A stretch of 248,000 nt of DNA from assembly GCF_000400465.1 (NCBI RefSeq), contig NW_008806277.1, positions 20,001 to 268,000 on the forward strand, read 5' to 3'. This document shows, one piece after another, positions 130,800-144,140 of the stretch (the first letter of the stretch is position 1; every line of letters begins with the position of its first letter). Made by a program: the position numbers and the translations under genes. Origin of the DNA: Wallemia ichthyophaga EXF-994 (taxonomy: Eukaryota > Fungi > Basidiomycota). Under the pieces are notes generated by a model. It was given only the letters and a program-made list of their open reading frames with translations. It was not told where the DNA came from and ran no database searches.

Positions 130800-131579
130800 T
130801 CATCTGCCTAATATCTGGGCAGCCTTTCCAATAATACCTTTTTTTTCAAGTACACGCTCGACGGCACGCTCAACAAAGCCTTCCAATGCGATTCGCTTTC
130901 CCTGTGGCGTGCTCTTGCCCTCTCCATCAACGTTCTCAGCCTCTTCGAAGAGAGCTTCGACTGCATTTTCTACGTACTTGCCAACCATATCGACTTCAAG
131001 GTTGACGGTATTGCCTGGCTTCTTGGCAGAGAGGGTAATTTGAGATTGTGTGTAGGGTATGAGCATCACTCCGAAGCTCTTTTCGCGAGTATCGACGTGT
131101 GTGACGGTGAGAGAAGCACCATCTATAGTGATATAACCTTTAGGAATGATATAAGGTGCAATGTTATCTTTACCGTGTTGCTTCGGTGGAATTTCCATCT
131201 TGTAGCGCAACGACGCGCCATCGCTATCGACCTGCATAATGCGCGTAGTGGTATCGACGTGGCCCTGAACAATATGACCACCCAGTCTAGTCCCGACTTG
131301 CATTGCCCTTTCGAGGTTCACCTCATCGCCAACTCTCAGCTCGCCAAGGTTCGTGCGCTGTAAAGTTTCCGGGGCTAAACCGACTTTGAAGCAAGTGGAT
131401 TCGAAGCTTACAACGGTAAGGCAGGTGCCATTTATAGCGATACTGTCACCGTTGTGGCAGTCACTGAGTAAATCGTGCGTGGTGCTGAGTAAAACACTCC
131501 AGCCACCATTCTCAGATTCATCCATCTGCTCAATTCTTTGTACTTTGCCTACAGCCTCAATTAAACCAGTGAAAACCAT
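130800..131579 (-). CDS. RIB5: Riboflavin synthase
   Basis: MVFTGLIE, NGTCLTV, GGHIVQGHVD. Confidence 0.95.
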   Translation of the reverse strand: MVFTGLIEAVGKVQRIEQMDESENGGWSVLLSTTHDLLSDCHNGDSIAINGTCLTVVSFESTCFKVGLAPETLQRTNLGELRVGDEVNLERAMQVGTRLGGHIVQGHVDTTTRIMQVDSDGASLRYKMEIPPKQHGKDNIAPYIIPKGYITIDGASLTVTHVDTREKSFGVMLIPYTQSQITLSAKKPGNTVNLEVDMVGKYVENAVEALFEEAENVDGEGKSTPQGKRIALEGFVERAVERVLEKKGIIGKAAQILGR

Positions 131580-131696
131580 TTCGCTGTGAGTGAGTGTGCT
131601 GAGCCAAGAGCCAACGTCAACTTGATGATATGCGTGTTATTGAAATATTTGTGGATTTAATTCATTTCTTTATTCTTAACCACCAACAGCTATCAA

Positions 131697-133753
131697 ATGT
131701 CAACAGCAACGGCAACACCAGCAATCCCGGCGACAACGAGAGATGAAGCAACTCAGAGCAACTACGAGGAGATTTCATCCACGCATCTCCATTTAGACTG
131801 GCAAATCGTCTGGGAGATGTCCGAGATAACCGGTGTCGTCACTCACTCACTGGTTGCGCACAAGCACGGCGTGCATGAGGTGCACTTAGATACGAGTTAT
131901 TTGAAAATACGCCGTGTTTCCACTGCAAGGCATAATCAAAGTCTCAACTTCAAATTGCAACAGCGAGATGCCACAATGGGGAACAAATTGGTTATCTACC
132001 TCCCACACAAGCTCAACGAGAGTGAAACGATTGATATCACAATCAACTACTCGACCACCAAGTATTGCACTGCACTGGCTTGGCTTGGGAAAGCCCAGAC
132101 TACTGGTGGTGACTACCCCTACGTCTACAGTCAGTGTGAAGCAATTCACGCTAGATCACTCGTCCCCTGCCAAGACACGCCTGCGCGCAAGTTTACCTAC
132201 TCTTCCAAGGTCAGAAGCACCCTACCTGCCCTCATGTCAGCTCTGAGAGTGGCACCTGCGAAAGACACGCCATTAGATGAGTTGCTTGGGAAAGACGTCG
132301 TTTATGAGTATAACCAGCCCATCCCAATGCCCTCATATCTGATTGCAATCGCGTCTGGGAAGCTAGCCTTTAAGTCTTTCGATGTACCAAGCGGTGTGGT
132401 GTGGAACGCGGGTGTATGGACCGAACCAGAGTAAGTTTGAGCCAAAACTACTATTCGCAACTTCCTAAACATTTCTCAGACTTCTTACGTCGTCTTACGA
132501 CGAATTCAATGAAGACATACCAAAGTATATCCAAAAAGCAGAACACTTGACTGGTTCAGAGTATGCGTGGGGGACATACGATATTCTCGTCCAGCCAAAA
132601 AGCGCACCATTCGGAGGTATGGAGAATGTCTGTCTTACATTCGCAACACCAACTCTCCTTGCTGGAGATAGAAGCCTGACGGACGTGTTAGCGCACGAGA
132701 TTAGTCACTCGACATTCGGCAATGACATCACTTGTTGTCAATGGAACCACTTCTGGGTCAACGAAGGCTTCACAACGTACATGGAAAGACTCATCTTGCA
132801 GTTCATGCATTCAAAAGCAGATCGCGACTTCTCATACATTATCGGAAGGAAGGCCTTGCAAGAAAGTCTGGAGGAGATGGAAAACGAGCGCAGATACCAG
132901 AAATTGGTCATACCTTACCGCGCTGGAGAAGATCCAGATGATGGGTTTTCCAGCGTACCTTGTGAGTTTGTGTCATTTTGAGTGCTCCTCTAACACTCAA
133001 GCTAGACGACAAAGGCGCAAATTTCCTCTACTACCTTGAAAAGACTGTTGGAGGCTTAGACGTGTTCCTGCCATTCGTCAGGAGCTATGTTCAGACATTC
133101 AAAGGAAAGAGCATTGCTACTGCAGACTTTCACACACATCTATTTGATTTCTTCAGTGGAGATAAGGCGGCAACGGAGCAACTCGACAAGGTTGATTTTG
133201 ACGCTTGGTACAATGGCACAGGATTGGTAGGTAATAGCTTTTGCGAGCTATGATACTAAAATATAAGCAGTCCCTGCCAGTCGAGTTGGACTACGATACA
133301 TCATTAGCTGATGCTGCCTTTGATTTGTCGGACAGGTGGAATCAAAGGCGCAACGCAAGTAGCAAAGAGTTAGAATCAACCTTTCACGCAGACGATATAA
133401 AAAACTTCAACTCGAACCAAAAGGTGGTGTTTTTGGAGAAGTTGCAGTCCTATCCAGCATTCAAAGAGGAGGTACCGAAAGCCATTGCTAAGGTGTACGG
133501 TTTCGATGAGGCACAGAATGCTGAAATAAGATTCAGATTCTACATCCTCGCTCTCAACTGTGGTAAGACTTATGCTAAAGCTGCGGCAGAATGGGTAGCA
133601 CACCAAGGTAGAATGAAGTTCTGCAGACCGTTATTCAGATCGTTGAACAAGGTTGATAGCTCACTAGCTTTGAAGACGTTTAAAGACAATGAGAACTTCT
133701 ATCACCCAATTGCAGCCAAGCAGATTAGAAGAGATTTGAAGTTGGATAAGTGA
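131697..133753 (+). CDS. LAP2: Leukotriene A4 hydrolase/M1 aminopeptidase
   Basis: GGMEN, HEISH, WVNEG. Confidence 0.93.
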
Positions 133754-133824
133754 ATGCTATTTGACTGCTATGCAATAATGTATAAATCAATACAGGAAGA
133801 AACATTACAATTTAAGTTTTGCTA

Positions 133825-135602
133825 TTACTTGCTACCAGGCAACTTGTCGCCTTGTTGTGGAATATGTGTGAAAGCGCCTTTTGCAAACCACTTATCATTC
133901 GCCGCTTTGAGTTTACGCTCATTCTCGGCGTTTTGATTAGGATTAGCCAACTCAATACCCTGGAATGGAGTAATGGACAGACTAGACGCAGTACCACTAG
134001 TTGCTGTTCCTGAAGTTGCCTTCGATGGACCACCTAGCAATTGAGTGCGAATTTTATTTTGTTTGCTCATTTTAGCTCTACTTTTAGAATCAATTGCACT
134101 AGCTCTCAATTTACCAGATTCTTTGCCCAGCATACCGAGACCTCTAGTCTCACCACCGAAAGCATCAGTCTCTTGCTCTTGTTCACCAAATTTGACGCGG
134201 TTGCTGAGTTGACGGAGCTCTGTCATACCATATGCTTCCTTAGCTTTACGTGCTCTTCTTCCACCCCTCCTCTTCTTCTTTCCGTCTTCGGATGGTACTG
134301 GAAGTGCTTTTGTTACTTTCAAAGGAGGAGGTTCAGCCATTTTTTCGAAATGCTTTTCTAGTTTAGTTCTTAGCATATCTCCGTAGTTGCCTTCTTTGCT
134401 ACCACCCTCGAGGTCCACTCTAGCGGCTAAGACCACCTTACCGGAAACAGTGCGCTGAGCTTTAAGCTTGTGTTCTGGTTCGCAAGACTGCACAAGATCA
134501 GACTGGAAAATGAAACCAGTATGTCTGTTCATAGTTGCTGTGGATTGGCCTGTCGGTGTCTTCTTCATAGCACCTAGGAGGTAGACATTACACGAAGGCA
134601 TCTTAGCTAAAGCTTGCAGACCACCCGCTACACCTATCAGCTTTGCTGCGGTTGTCGTACCAACGATAGCAGACACGTTGGGCGAGAGTATATTCATACG
134701 CGACTGAACATATTCGAATATCTGAAGGTAGTGAGTGAGTGTGAGTGTGAGTGTGGTGAAGTAATGCAAATATATTCACCTTCCGTTTGGCATCTTCTAG
134801 CTCTTTGTGCACTTGACATGCAGCGTCTACTCTGTGCCACTCGTCGTGCGATAATTGACGACCATCTGCAGTTGTAGCGCTGACAGTAATGACCATGATA
134901 GTATGGCCTTTAACGACATCCTTCAGTGGAGCTTGTGAAATGTCTTGCAAGTTTCCAATAGCTTGTACAACGCGTAAGTAGACTGTAGGTTCTGGTACGA
135001 GAGTGTCTAGACCGGGAAACTTAGCGTGATAGTGATCTCTAACGAATTTGTGTACGATGAGAAGCTCATTATCAACCTCGACAGCTAAATTGTTAGCTTT
135101 AACGATGATATCGTATTCAGGGTTATCGGCGAGTGAACCACCTTTGACAAGCTTTGGGTGAAGGAGGAATTCGTCAATGCCCTGATGATTTGTTAGTGAG
135201 TTGTAAAAGGATAGACTGGTGACTCACCTCAAGTACGTCTTTCATGCGCTTTGAGGATGTTAGAGGTGCTACTTTCCTGACATCTAGAACCTTTTCAAGC
135301 TTGAAGCCTTCAACAGCTTCTGCATCAAGCTCATCTGCTGGTCTGACACCACCTGTTGGTACGTATAGCTGACCATCCTGGAGTTGTACCTGGTTTGGAT
135401 CTTTGGGTTGGTCATCTTGATCCATTTTCACATCGTCCTGATCAGCTCTTAGTGGGGATATTGCTGATCTTTTGCCATTTCCATTTGTGGTTGTGGTTGT
135501 GGCAGTGGCAGTGTCTTCTCCAGTGGCATCTTCACCGGCATCACCGGTTTCTTCATCAGATAAGCCATCTAGATCGTCGATAAGCTCTTGTGCGAGTGAC
135601 TG
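133825..135602 (-). CDS. PRP31: Splicing factor Prp31
   Basis: Nop domain, [17 protein letters not shown]; start approximate. Confidence 0.93.
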
Positions 135603-136246
135603 ATAGGCTGTTAGGTGGTTTAATCGGTAAAAGCGCTGAGACAGACCATCAAGAACGATCGATGATGAAAGTTCGGGACCAAAGATAATCAGAGATAGCG
135701 GGAAGGGGGAGTGATTGATGAGATGTAGTTTATTCAAGTCCTCGTGGTCGTTTCAATAACCCTAATCAATAGGATATCAATGGCATTGAGATGATTAAAG
135801 TTATAGACACAAACTAACAACGTAGATTGATGTTATTTAGTTTTGTAATGTATATCTATCAATATTTTTACAAAATCCGCGCCGAATAAAGCCAAAAAGT
135901 AGCATCGGAGATAATCGCGTTTATTTGAGGTACGCGGGTAATAAAGGGTATTTTGAGGGGAATGGAGGTGGATTAGAGGTGAATTCGAGTATAAATACGT
136001 AATTTCTAAGTAATACATTGTAATTTATAATCAATGGTATCCAAAATCCAGTCAAATGATATTCAAATGACGTTATTACGACGCCAAAAGCGTATTAACG
136101 AAGGGAATGAGAGCAAAATTGGGATAAGTATGGTTTAATAGAGGCTGGTATTGTATAAAACTCAAAACCAATCTCCCCCGAACAAATTACATAAACACTG
136201 AAATTTGATTCGTGAGGCTCAAACTTGTTTCATTAAAACATCCAAC

Positions 136247-138783
136247 ATGTTCTCACGCGGTGTAAGAAACTTGCGGCAATTCGCCACCCAAGCCAAACGT
136301 ATTGGTGATCAGAAGGTGGATATGTCCTTGATGTGAGTACTTGAGTATTCCTTGGTCGCTGATCCTGATCTCACTCCAAATCCAGCGAAGCAGGTCAAGG
136401 CAAGTACATTAATTACCAAGTGAGTTTCGTTTGAATCTAGTAAGAATCCCCGCTTACTCATTTACAGCGCATCGAAGACAACCTCAACGTTGTTCGTTCT
136501 CGGTGAGATTTACCGTAGCCGTCTAACCAATCAAATCTTACCAATTACCAGCCTCAATCGTCCTCTCACTCTCTCCGAGAAGATCGTCTACGGCCACTTG
136601 GACAACCCAGAAGAACAAGATATCGAAAGAGGAAAGTCTTACCTGAAGCTTCGTCCGGATGTGAGCAACTCAGCCAATCAGATGTTCTTAATTTCTAACC
136701 CGTTTTACAGCGCGTTGCTTGCCAAGATGCTACTGCTCAAATGGCTCTCCTTCAATTCATGTCTGCTGGTCTCCCAACCACAGCTGTACCAACTACCGTC
136801 CACTGTGATCACTTGATCGAGGCTCAAGTTGGCGGTGTTGCCGACTTGGCCCGTGCCAACGACCTCAACAAAGAAGTTTTCGACTTCTTGTCAACCGCTA
136901 CTCAGAAGTACGGTATTGGCTTCTGGAAGCCTGGTTCTGGTATCATTCACCAAATCGTTCTTGAAAACTACGCCACTCCTGGTTTACTCATGATTGGTAC
137001 TGACTCCCACACTCCAAACGCCGGTGGTCTCGGTATGGTTGCCGTGGGTGTTGGTGGTGCTGACGCTGTTGACGTCATGGCAAACCTCCCATGGGAATTA
137101 AAGTGTCCAAAGGTTATCGGTGTTAAGCTTGAAGGTAAAATGAGTGGTTGGACTACTCCAAAAGATATCATTCTCAAGGTCGCTGGTATTCTCACCGTTA
137201 AAGGTGGTACCGGTGCTATCATCGAATACTTTGGTCCAGGTGTTGACTCGTTATCTTGCACTGGTATGGCAACCATCTGTAACATGGGTGCTGAAATTGG
137301 TGCTACCACCTCTCTCTTCCAATTCAACGATCGTATGACTTCATACTTGACTGCAACTGGTCGTAAAGCTCAAGCTGACTACGCTAAACAATTCGCTCCA
137401 AACCTCGTACGTGACCAAGACGCTGAATACGATCAAACTATCACCATCGACCTTAACGAGCTTGAACCACACATCAATGGTCCATACACTCCTGATCTTG
137501 CAACTCCACTCTCTCAATTTGCTGGTGAAGTTAAGAAGAACAACTGGCCACAAGAACTCAAAGTTGCCTTGATCGGTTCATGTACTAACTCTTCATACGA
137601 GGACATGACTCGTTCAGCTTCTATCGCCAAGGAGGCACACGACGCTGGTTTGTCTGCCAAATCTAGATTCACAATCACTCCTGGTTCTGAGCAAATTCGT
137701 GCAACCATCTCTAGAGACGGTGTTATTGAGAACTTTGAAGAAGTTGGTGGTATCGTTCTTGCCAACGCATGTGGTCCATGTATCGGTCAATGGGATCGTC
137801 AAGATGTTAAGAAGGGTGAAGCAAACTCTATCATCACTTCTTACAACCGTAACTTTACTGGTCGTAACGATGCCAACCCAGGTACCCACGCCTTTGTTGC
137901 TTCCCCAGACCTTGTCACTGCCATGGCCTTCGCTGGTGATCTCACCTTCAACCCAATGAAGGACACCCTCAAGACTGAAGATGGCAAGGACTTTAGATTC
138001 TCCGACCCAGCTGGTTATGAACTTCCACCAAAAGGCTATACCGCTGGTGAGAATACCTTCCAACCACCATCAGAGCACCCAGAACAAGTTTCGGTCGCTG
138101 TTGATCCAAACTCACAACGTTTGCAACTTCTTGAGCCATTCGACAAGTGGAATGGTGAAGACCCACAAGATCTCCCAGTTCTTATCAAAACTCGTGGTAA
138201 GTGTACCACTGATCACATCTCAGCTGCTGGTCCATGGTTGAAATACAGAGGTCACTTGCAAAACATCTCACAAAACTGTCTGATTGGTGCAATTAACGAC
138301 GCCAATGGCAAGGCTAACTCTGTAGAGAACCTTGAGACTGGTGAGTGGGGCCCAGTTCCAACTGTTGGAGCTTGGTACCGTGACCACGGCATAAAGTGGG
138401 TTGTTGTTGGTGATAACAACTACGGTGAAGGATCATCTAGAGAACATGCCGCACTTGAGCCTCGCTACTTGGGTGGTACAGCTGTCATTACCAAGTCTTT
138501 TGCTCGTATTCACGAAGCCAACCTCAAAAAGCAAGGTATGCTTGCTCTCAACTTTAAGAACGAGGCAGACTACGATAAGGTGCAACCAAACGACAAGATC
138601 TCTTTGAAGGGTGTTAAGGACAACTTCCACCCAGGATCTGAGCTCACCATGGTATGCAAGCACAAGGATGGCTCTGTTGATGAGTTCCCATTAACACACA
138701 CATACAACCAAGAGCAGATCCAATGGTTCATCAACGGCTCAGCTCTTAACTTGATGAAGGCTCAAGCTGAGGGTAAGGCTTAA
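136247..138783 (+). CDS. ACO1: Mitochondrial aconitase
   Basis: GTDSHT, GSCTNSS, TTDHIS. Confidence 0.97.
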
Positions 138784-138899
138784 AAGATGAACATAGTATA
138801 AGCGCATTAATCTGTTTTTCTAATTATTTACACTGATTTTACTTATTCTAACTTTGTATTGAATTATACACAAACAATATGTAACCTAAGAGCAGTTGT

Positions 138900-140207
138900 A
138901 TAGTGCGCAGTTTGTTATAAGATGAAAAGCGTGCAGTGTATTGTAAGATGAAAATATAGTGGTATCCTTCTATATTAAATTACAGTAGAGTTTCCAGTCG
139001 AACACCTTGGTCTAGTACCCGCGACAGCTTAATAACGCGTTCCTTGAGAGAAAGTTGTCGCAAAGCCATTATTTTTTCTATTGCGTGAAGTTGAAATTTG
139101 AGTTTATGGGAAGCGGAAACCTTGATAGTGATAGCGGCAGCGGACAAAGACTCTAAGAAAGTCTTGAAGCATCTGTCATCCCGAGCGAAGACGTATGTGG
139201 GTATAGGTTCACCCTGTTGGTAGAAACATAGAACTTGTGACCAACAAGCCATCATGACTAGATCAGCTATACCATTACTGAGGTAGTCATCCAGACTGGC
139301 AATCGTAGATGCACTCTTATCTAATCTCCATGTAGCGAACTTTCTCAGTTCATCGGTTGCTGTTTGGACAGGTTTGCTGAGTTGAGGGTGGTTTAGAGCT
139401 GCTGCGACGAGTTGAGTAGCATCGTTGATGAATTTGTCGCCCTCTTTGGTGCGTCAGCGGGTGCTACTCGGAGAATCGCAAAACTTACCACTCATAACGA
139501 GAGTTTGGAGGTAGGAAGCGAGGAGATCAGTCTGTTGGTGGAGTGAGATAGGATTGAGATGTGCATATAGGCGAGCTACCTACCTGACCAGTTGACAAAC
139601 CATGATCAATGGCTAGTTTTAAGTTTGTTCTTAAACTCTTGAGTATATCGCGGTTTTCAGCGGTTTTGAGGGTGTTTTCATCCATAGTGTTAACCCATTT
139701 GGACATTGCACCGACGAGGACAATAGCGATACCGTCATACTCTTTACCAAGTCTCATAGCATGGACTAGTGGGGTAGTCCCGCCGACCTTCTTCAAAAGA
139801 AGTTGGAAGGAGTGATCACGGCATGTCATGATGAACATGATGTCCTTTGTTTCAATAGCTTTGAATAACTCCCAAGGCATCAAAGGTCGCTTTGGTTTGG
139901 TTGTAAGTTCACTCGATTTCTTTACAAGTTTCTTGCCAATTGGGCTGATTGAAGAGCCTTGTAAACTATTAGTCAACGCCTCATTTAAATTTGATTGCTG
140001 GTGCTTCACGGATATTTCACATTTGGATATAGCATCATACTCTAATGACTTGAGCGGCGGCAACTGCTTGGGAAGTGTATAGAGAGAAGGCAAAATATTA
140101 TTTATCTTATCAGGAATTGGATTGATAACTAATCTGCCGTCATCGATATCGTTATCTGGATTATCCAATAGATATTGATAGTTGGCCATTAACGAGTACT
140201 TCTTCAC
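138900..140207 (-). CDS. Conserved hypothetical protein, multi-exon
   Basis: 226-aa first exon plus downstream coding segments. Confidence 0.45.
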
Positions 140208-140218
140208 CGTCCACCATC

Positions 140219-142143
140219 ATGTACGATAAATTGAGACTGTAAGTTAATTCTATTAGATTATGTTAACTCCCTCATATCCATTGAACAGCCTGTCTTCCAA
140301 ACAAGCGTACACTCTCGAGCCTCTCAGTGGCACTGGACAGTCACTCACCATCGATAGAGCTACTCGTGAATTAAATCTAGTAAACTCGCCCAAGGATGTA
140401 CACAGTGATGTTGATAGCGTCATCACACTATACGGTATACTCGGTATTATTCACCTCTCCACTACTCCGTTCCTCATTGCTATCAGCGACCGTGAACTCG
140501 CTGGTACAATCAATGGCTGTGATGTTTACAGAGCCACTGACTTTAAAATGTTCCCTATAGACCGCTCTTCCACTCTGTCTGAAATCCTTAAACATCCCGT
140601 CGACGGTGTTTTACTAGGTCTACTCAAAGATCACTTTAGAGACGGTAACTTCTTCTTTTCTCATTCTTTCGACGTTACAAGCAGTTTACAGAGGCAGCAA
140701 CGACACAACCAAGGGCCACTCCATCACAGATCGGACGATCGCTTCTTTTGGAACAAGTTCCTTCAAATGCCTTTGCTGGAATCTGAGCTTGATCTCAGCA
140801 AATTTATCCTCCCTGTCATCTACGGCTTCCTCGAGATTAAGCCAACGAGTATCTTCGGTCAACCCCTCTCCATTACCCTGATTGCAAGAAGATGCAGATA
140901 CAGAGCAGGTACTCGTTATTTTAGCAGGGGTATAGATAGTCATGGAAATGTTTCAAATTTCAACGAAACTGAGCAGATTGTACAAATCGGCAATAATACT
141001 CTCTACTCACACGTACAATGCAGAGGTTCTGTGCCTATTTATTGGTCAGAGATCAACACTCTCAGATACAAGCCTGATCTTCAAATAATGGACTTACCTC
141101 AGATAACTGAGTCTCTCAGACTACACCTCAGCTCACTCGTTGACCACTATGGCAAGGTCACCTGCATCAACCTTGTCAATCAAAAGGGTTATGAAAAGCC
141201 AGTTAAGGAGTGGTTCGAAGCTGCGCTTGACAAGATTGACCACCCCAACACTGATTACTTGTACTTTGACTTCCACAGCGAATGCAGCAAGATGCGTTGG
141301 GACAGAATCCAGATCCTGATTGATCGCCTAGATGATGACCTAAAAGCACAAGGCTATTTCAAGAAGGATGCTCAAACCGTATCTAATACCCAACAGAGTG
141401 TCTTCAGAACCAACTGCATGGATTGTCTCGATCGCACCAATGTAGTACAGAGCGCAGTGGCTAGAGTTGTACTCACTGCACAGCTCGCTGACGCTAATTT
141501 GATCGGACCTAGCGATCAGCTCAGTGATGATATTGGATTCAATTATCTCTTCAGAAATATCTGGGCTGACCACGCAGATGCTGTCTCCGTCACTTACAGC
141601 GGCACGGGCGCACTCAAGACCGACTTCACCCGCACAGGTAGACGTACACTCCAAGGAGCGTTCTGGGATTTAGTCAACAGCATAACGAGGTACATTAAAA
141701 ACAATTACTACGACGGCAGTAGACAGGATGCGTTTGATTTTGTGCTCGGCGCTTGGTCACCTCGTGTGTCAAATCCACGTGCTGTGATCAAAGACGACAG
141801 GTCTGCAATAACGAAAGCCGTGCCTTATGTACTGACATATTCACTCCTCGTGCTCATTTCGGGTGTTGTGTTGCCGAAAGAGAGAGGAAGATCACTGCTT
141901 ACGTTCTACCTCCTCTTCTCTAACCTCGTCGCACTCTCGTCCGTGTACCTAGTCGCGAACGGCAGGGAGTACGTCGCATGGCCTAAACTCAACCCTCTAG
142001 ACAGTATCATCAACTATAAAGGACCGGGTTATAGAGGCGCCATGCACGGTAGAGGCTTCGCTTGGGGCGTTGGATCTAGCGGCTTGCGCAGCCAGAGTGC
142101 TTCCTCTGTCGATGAGATCGAGATGGGTAAGAAGGCTAGTTAG
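140219..142143 (+). CDS. SAC1: Phosphoinositide phosphatase Sac1
   Basis: RAGTRY, RTNCMDCLDRTN, 2 C-terminal TMs. Confidence 0.96.
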
Positions 142144-144140
142144 TGTTGCTCCTTGTAAGCATGTATGCGATGCCCTTTGTTGTTTGTCTGTCTTTTGACT
142201 ACATATAAATGTCTTTTTCTTTCTATTTGGTTTGCTCAGCTCACCTCCCGAATTTAATGTCATGCTTTTGATCCAGAATTCAGGAATCGTGTGGTATTTG
142301 AGATTAAGACACTCTGATAACATTCTCGAGTCCTGAATGATACATCTTTATATCACTTCACGCTTATTCGCGGGCTTGATATACCTCACCGATGACTTCA
142401 AGACGTGTTTGTGAAATGAGAGGACACTTGAAGTATTTCTTTGGACTTTCAGACGCGTGTAGCAGTATAAATTATTCGATTAAATTGAATGTGCTCAAGG
142501 CACCCTAAAAATGACCAAGTGTACGCCATTAGCTGCGTGACTAGGAACGAGGGTATCCGGGTTCGTGAAACACAAAAACATAGAACGCTACAAAACGCTA
142601 GCAACAGTAAATCTAAAGAAAATCGTCAAAATCCTTGTGGAACTATAAGCTACATAATGATACCAATTGTTCGACTTCATGGTCGCGCACTCGTCAAACA
142701 TTTCATTTTTGGCCTGAAGGAGGAAAAGGTTAGCGAAGGGTTCAGCGTGTAGCTTTAAGACATTGTTTATATTCAAGAGCTAATGGCTAATGGCTAGACA
142801 ACCAATTAATCGTTGCTATTCAAATGACGTCGCAAATCATAGAGATAATGCGAAGAATTGCATAGTAAGGCGCCTTAGTGGTTTAAATGGAACAAAAGAG
142901 TGCTTCCAGCTGATCGCTCTTGCATGAGCCTAATCATGTAATCATCTACACATCATCTACGCGCATCATTGCAAAAATATTTGAGGATTACAAATGGTGA
143001 TTATTTGCAGTAAATTCTCAAACAATGTGTCCGAAATAAGCTGATGCCTTCCCTAGAAGTGAGTGGGCTGGAGCTATTTTTTATCAAACAATGCACTATC
143101 AACTGAAAAATGTAAAACAAATCCGAGACAGATTATTGAGTGTTATTAATAATTGTTGATAATTTTAACAATTATCTCATGTATACACTCTATGCAAATG
143201 CAATAAGTCGCTATTGTGTGGGGCGAGAGTGGGGGCAGACCTAAGAGCGTCTTTGTTTTCATCGTATTTCATAATTAAGCTTCATAAATTTTGCAACTGT
143301 GTAATATTATGCTCATGAAGTGAGATAGTATCTTTACTCGATCATTTCTCCCACTTACTTGAACCACCACCATGCGACTTCAAGAACTACCACACGATGT
143401 TATTGTAGAAATTTTCAGCTAACTCGATGGTGACGACCGGTACATGCTACGCTTCTTCAGCAGTATTTTATACAACGCAATCCCAAAGTCGCAAGTGTTG
143501 ATGCTTACAGGGCCGCGTTCGAAATCCGTTGAATTCGTCACACTAGCCGAGGCAGATGAGTTGCTCTTCTTAAGCAACGTATTAAGGAACAAAAAAAAAC
143601 ATCGGAAAGAACAGTGTACGTCATCTGCCTTTAAAAAAAAAAGGCAGGCTAATTGTTTGTCGGGGGAGAAGAGCTCAAAGCTATACAAAAGAGTGTTAGA
143701 GCCATAAAGAATCGATAATTCCTCTATGCATGCCCGCCAGATGGCTCACAAAAGATATTACCGAGGTGTCTTGGATCCTCGTGAAAGATATTGCTCTACC
143801 ACGACCACACTTGAAGAATAATTCATCGCAGATGCAGATGAAGACGGATAGAGTGACAAATATATAGGCTAGTATATATACGTTGATTTAGATGAGATGT
143901 ATCACTTCGAAGTGATGGAATTGGAAGATGACTTACGAGAGCATTGCTTGGAGGATTTTGATGGTGATGTTTATTTTGACTGAGTTTTAAACATCTTTGA
144001 TACCAAGTTTTGTCTTCATATCAAACCATGTTGTAGACAATTTGTAGATAATTTTAATGATTAGGGAGTAAAAAGTTATACATCTGTTTTTAGAATACAA
144101 TTATATATATCTCGTGCGGAGTGCGTTGTGGTATTTGACT

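Noticed and set aside
142869-142940. tRNA-Gly(TCC)-like hairpin (A-box-like TGGTTTAAATGG; GAGTG-CTTCCA...CGCTC)
   Set aside because: No TTCRA T loop, no acceptor pairing and no D stem; no partner half nearby.
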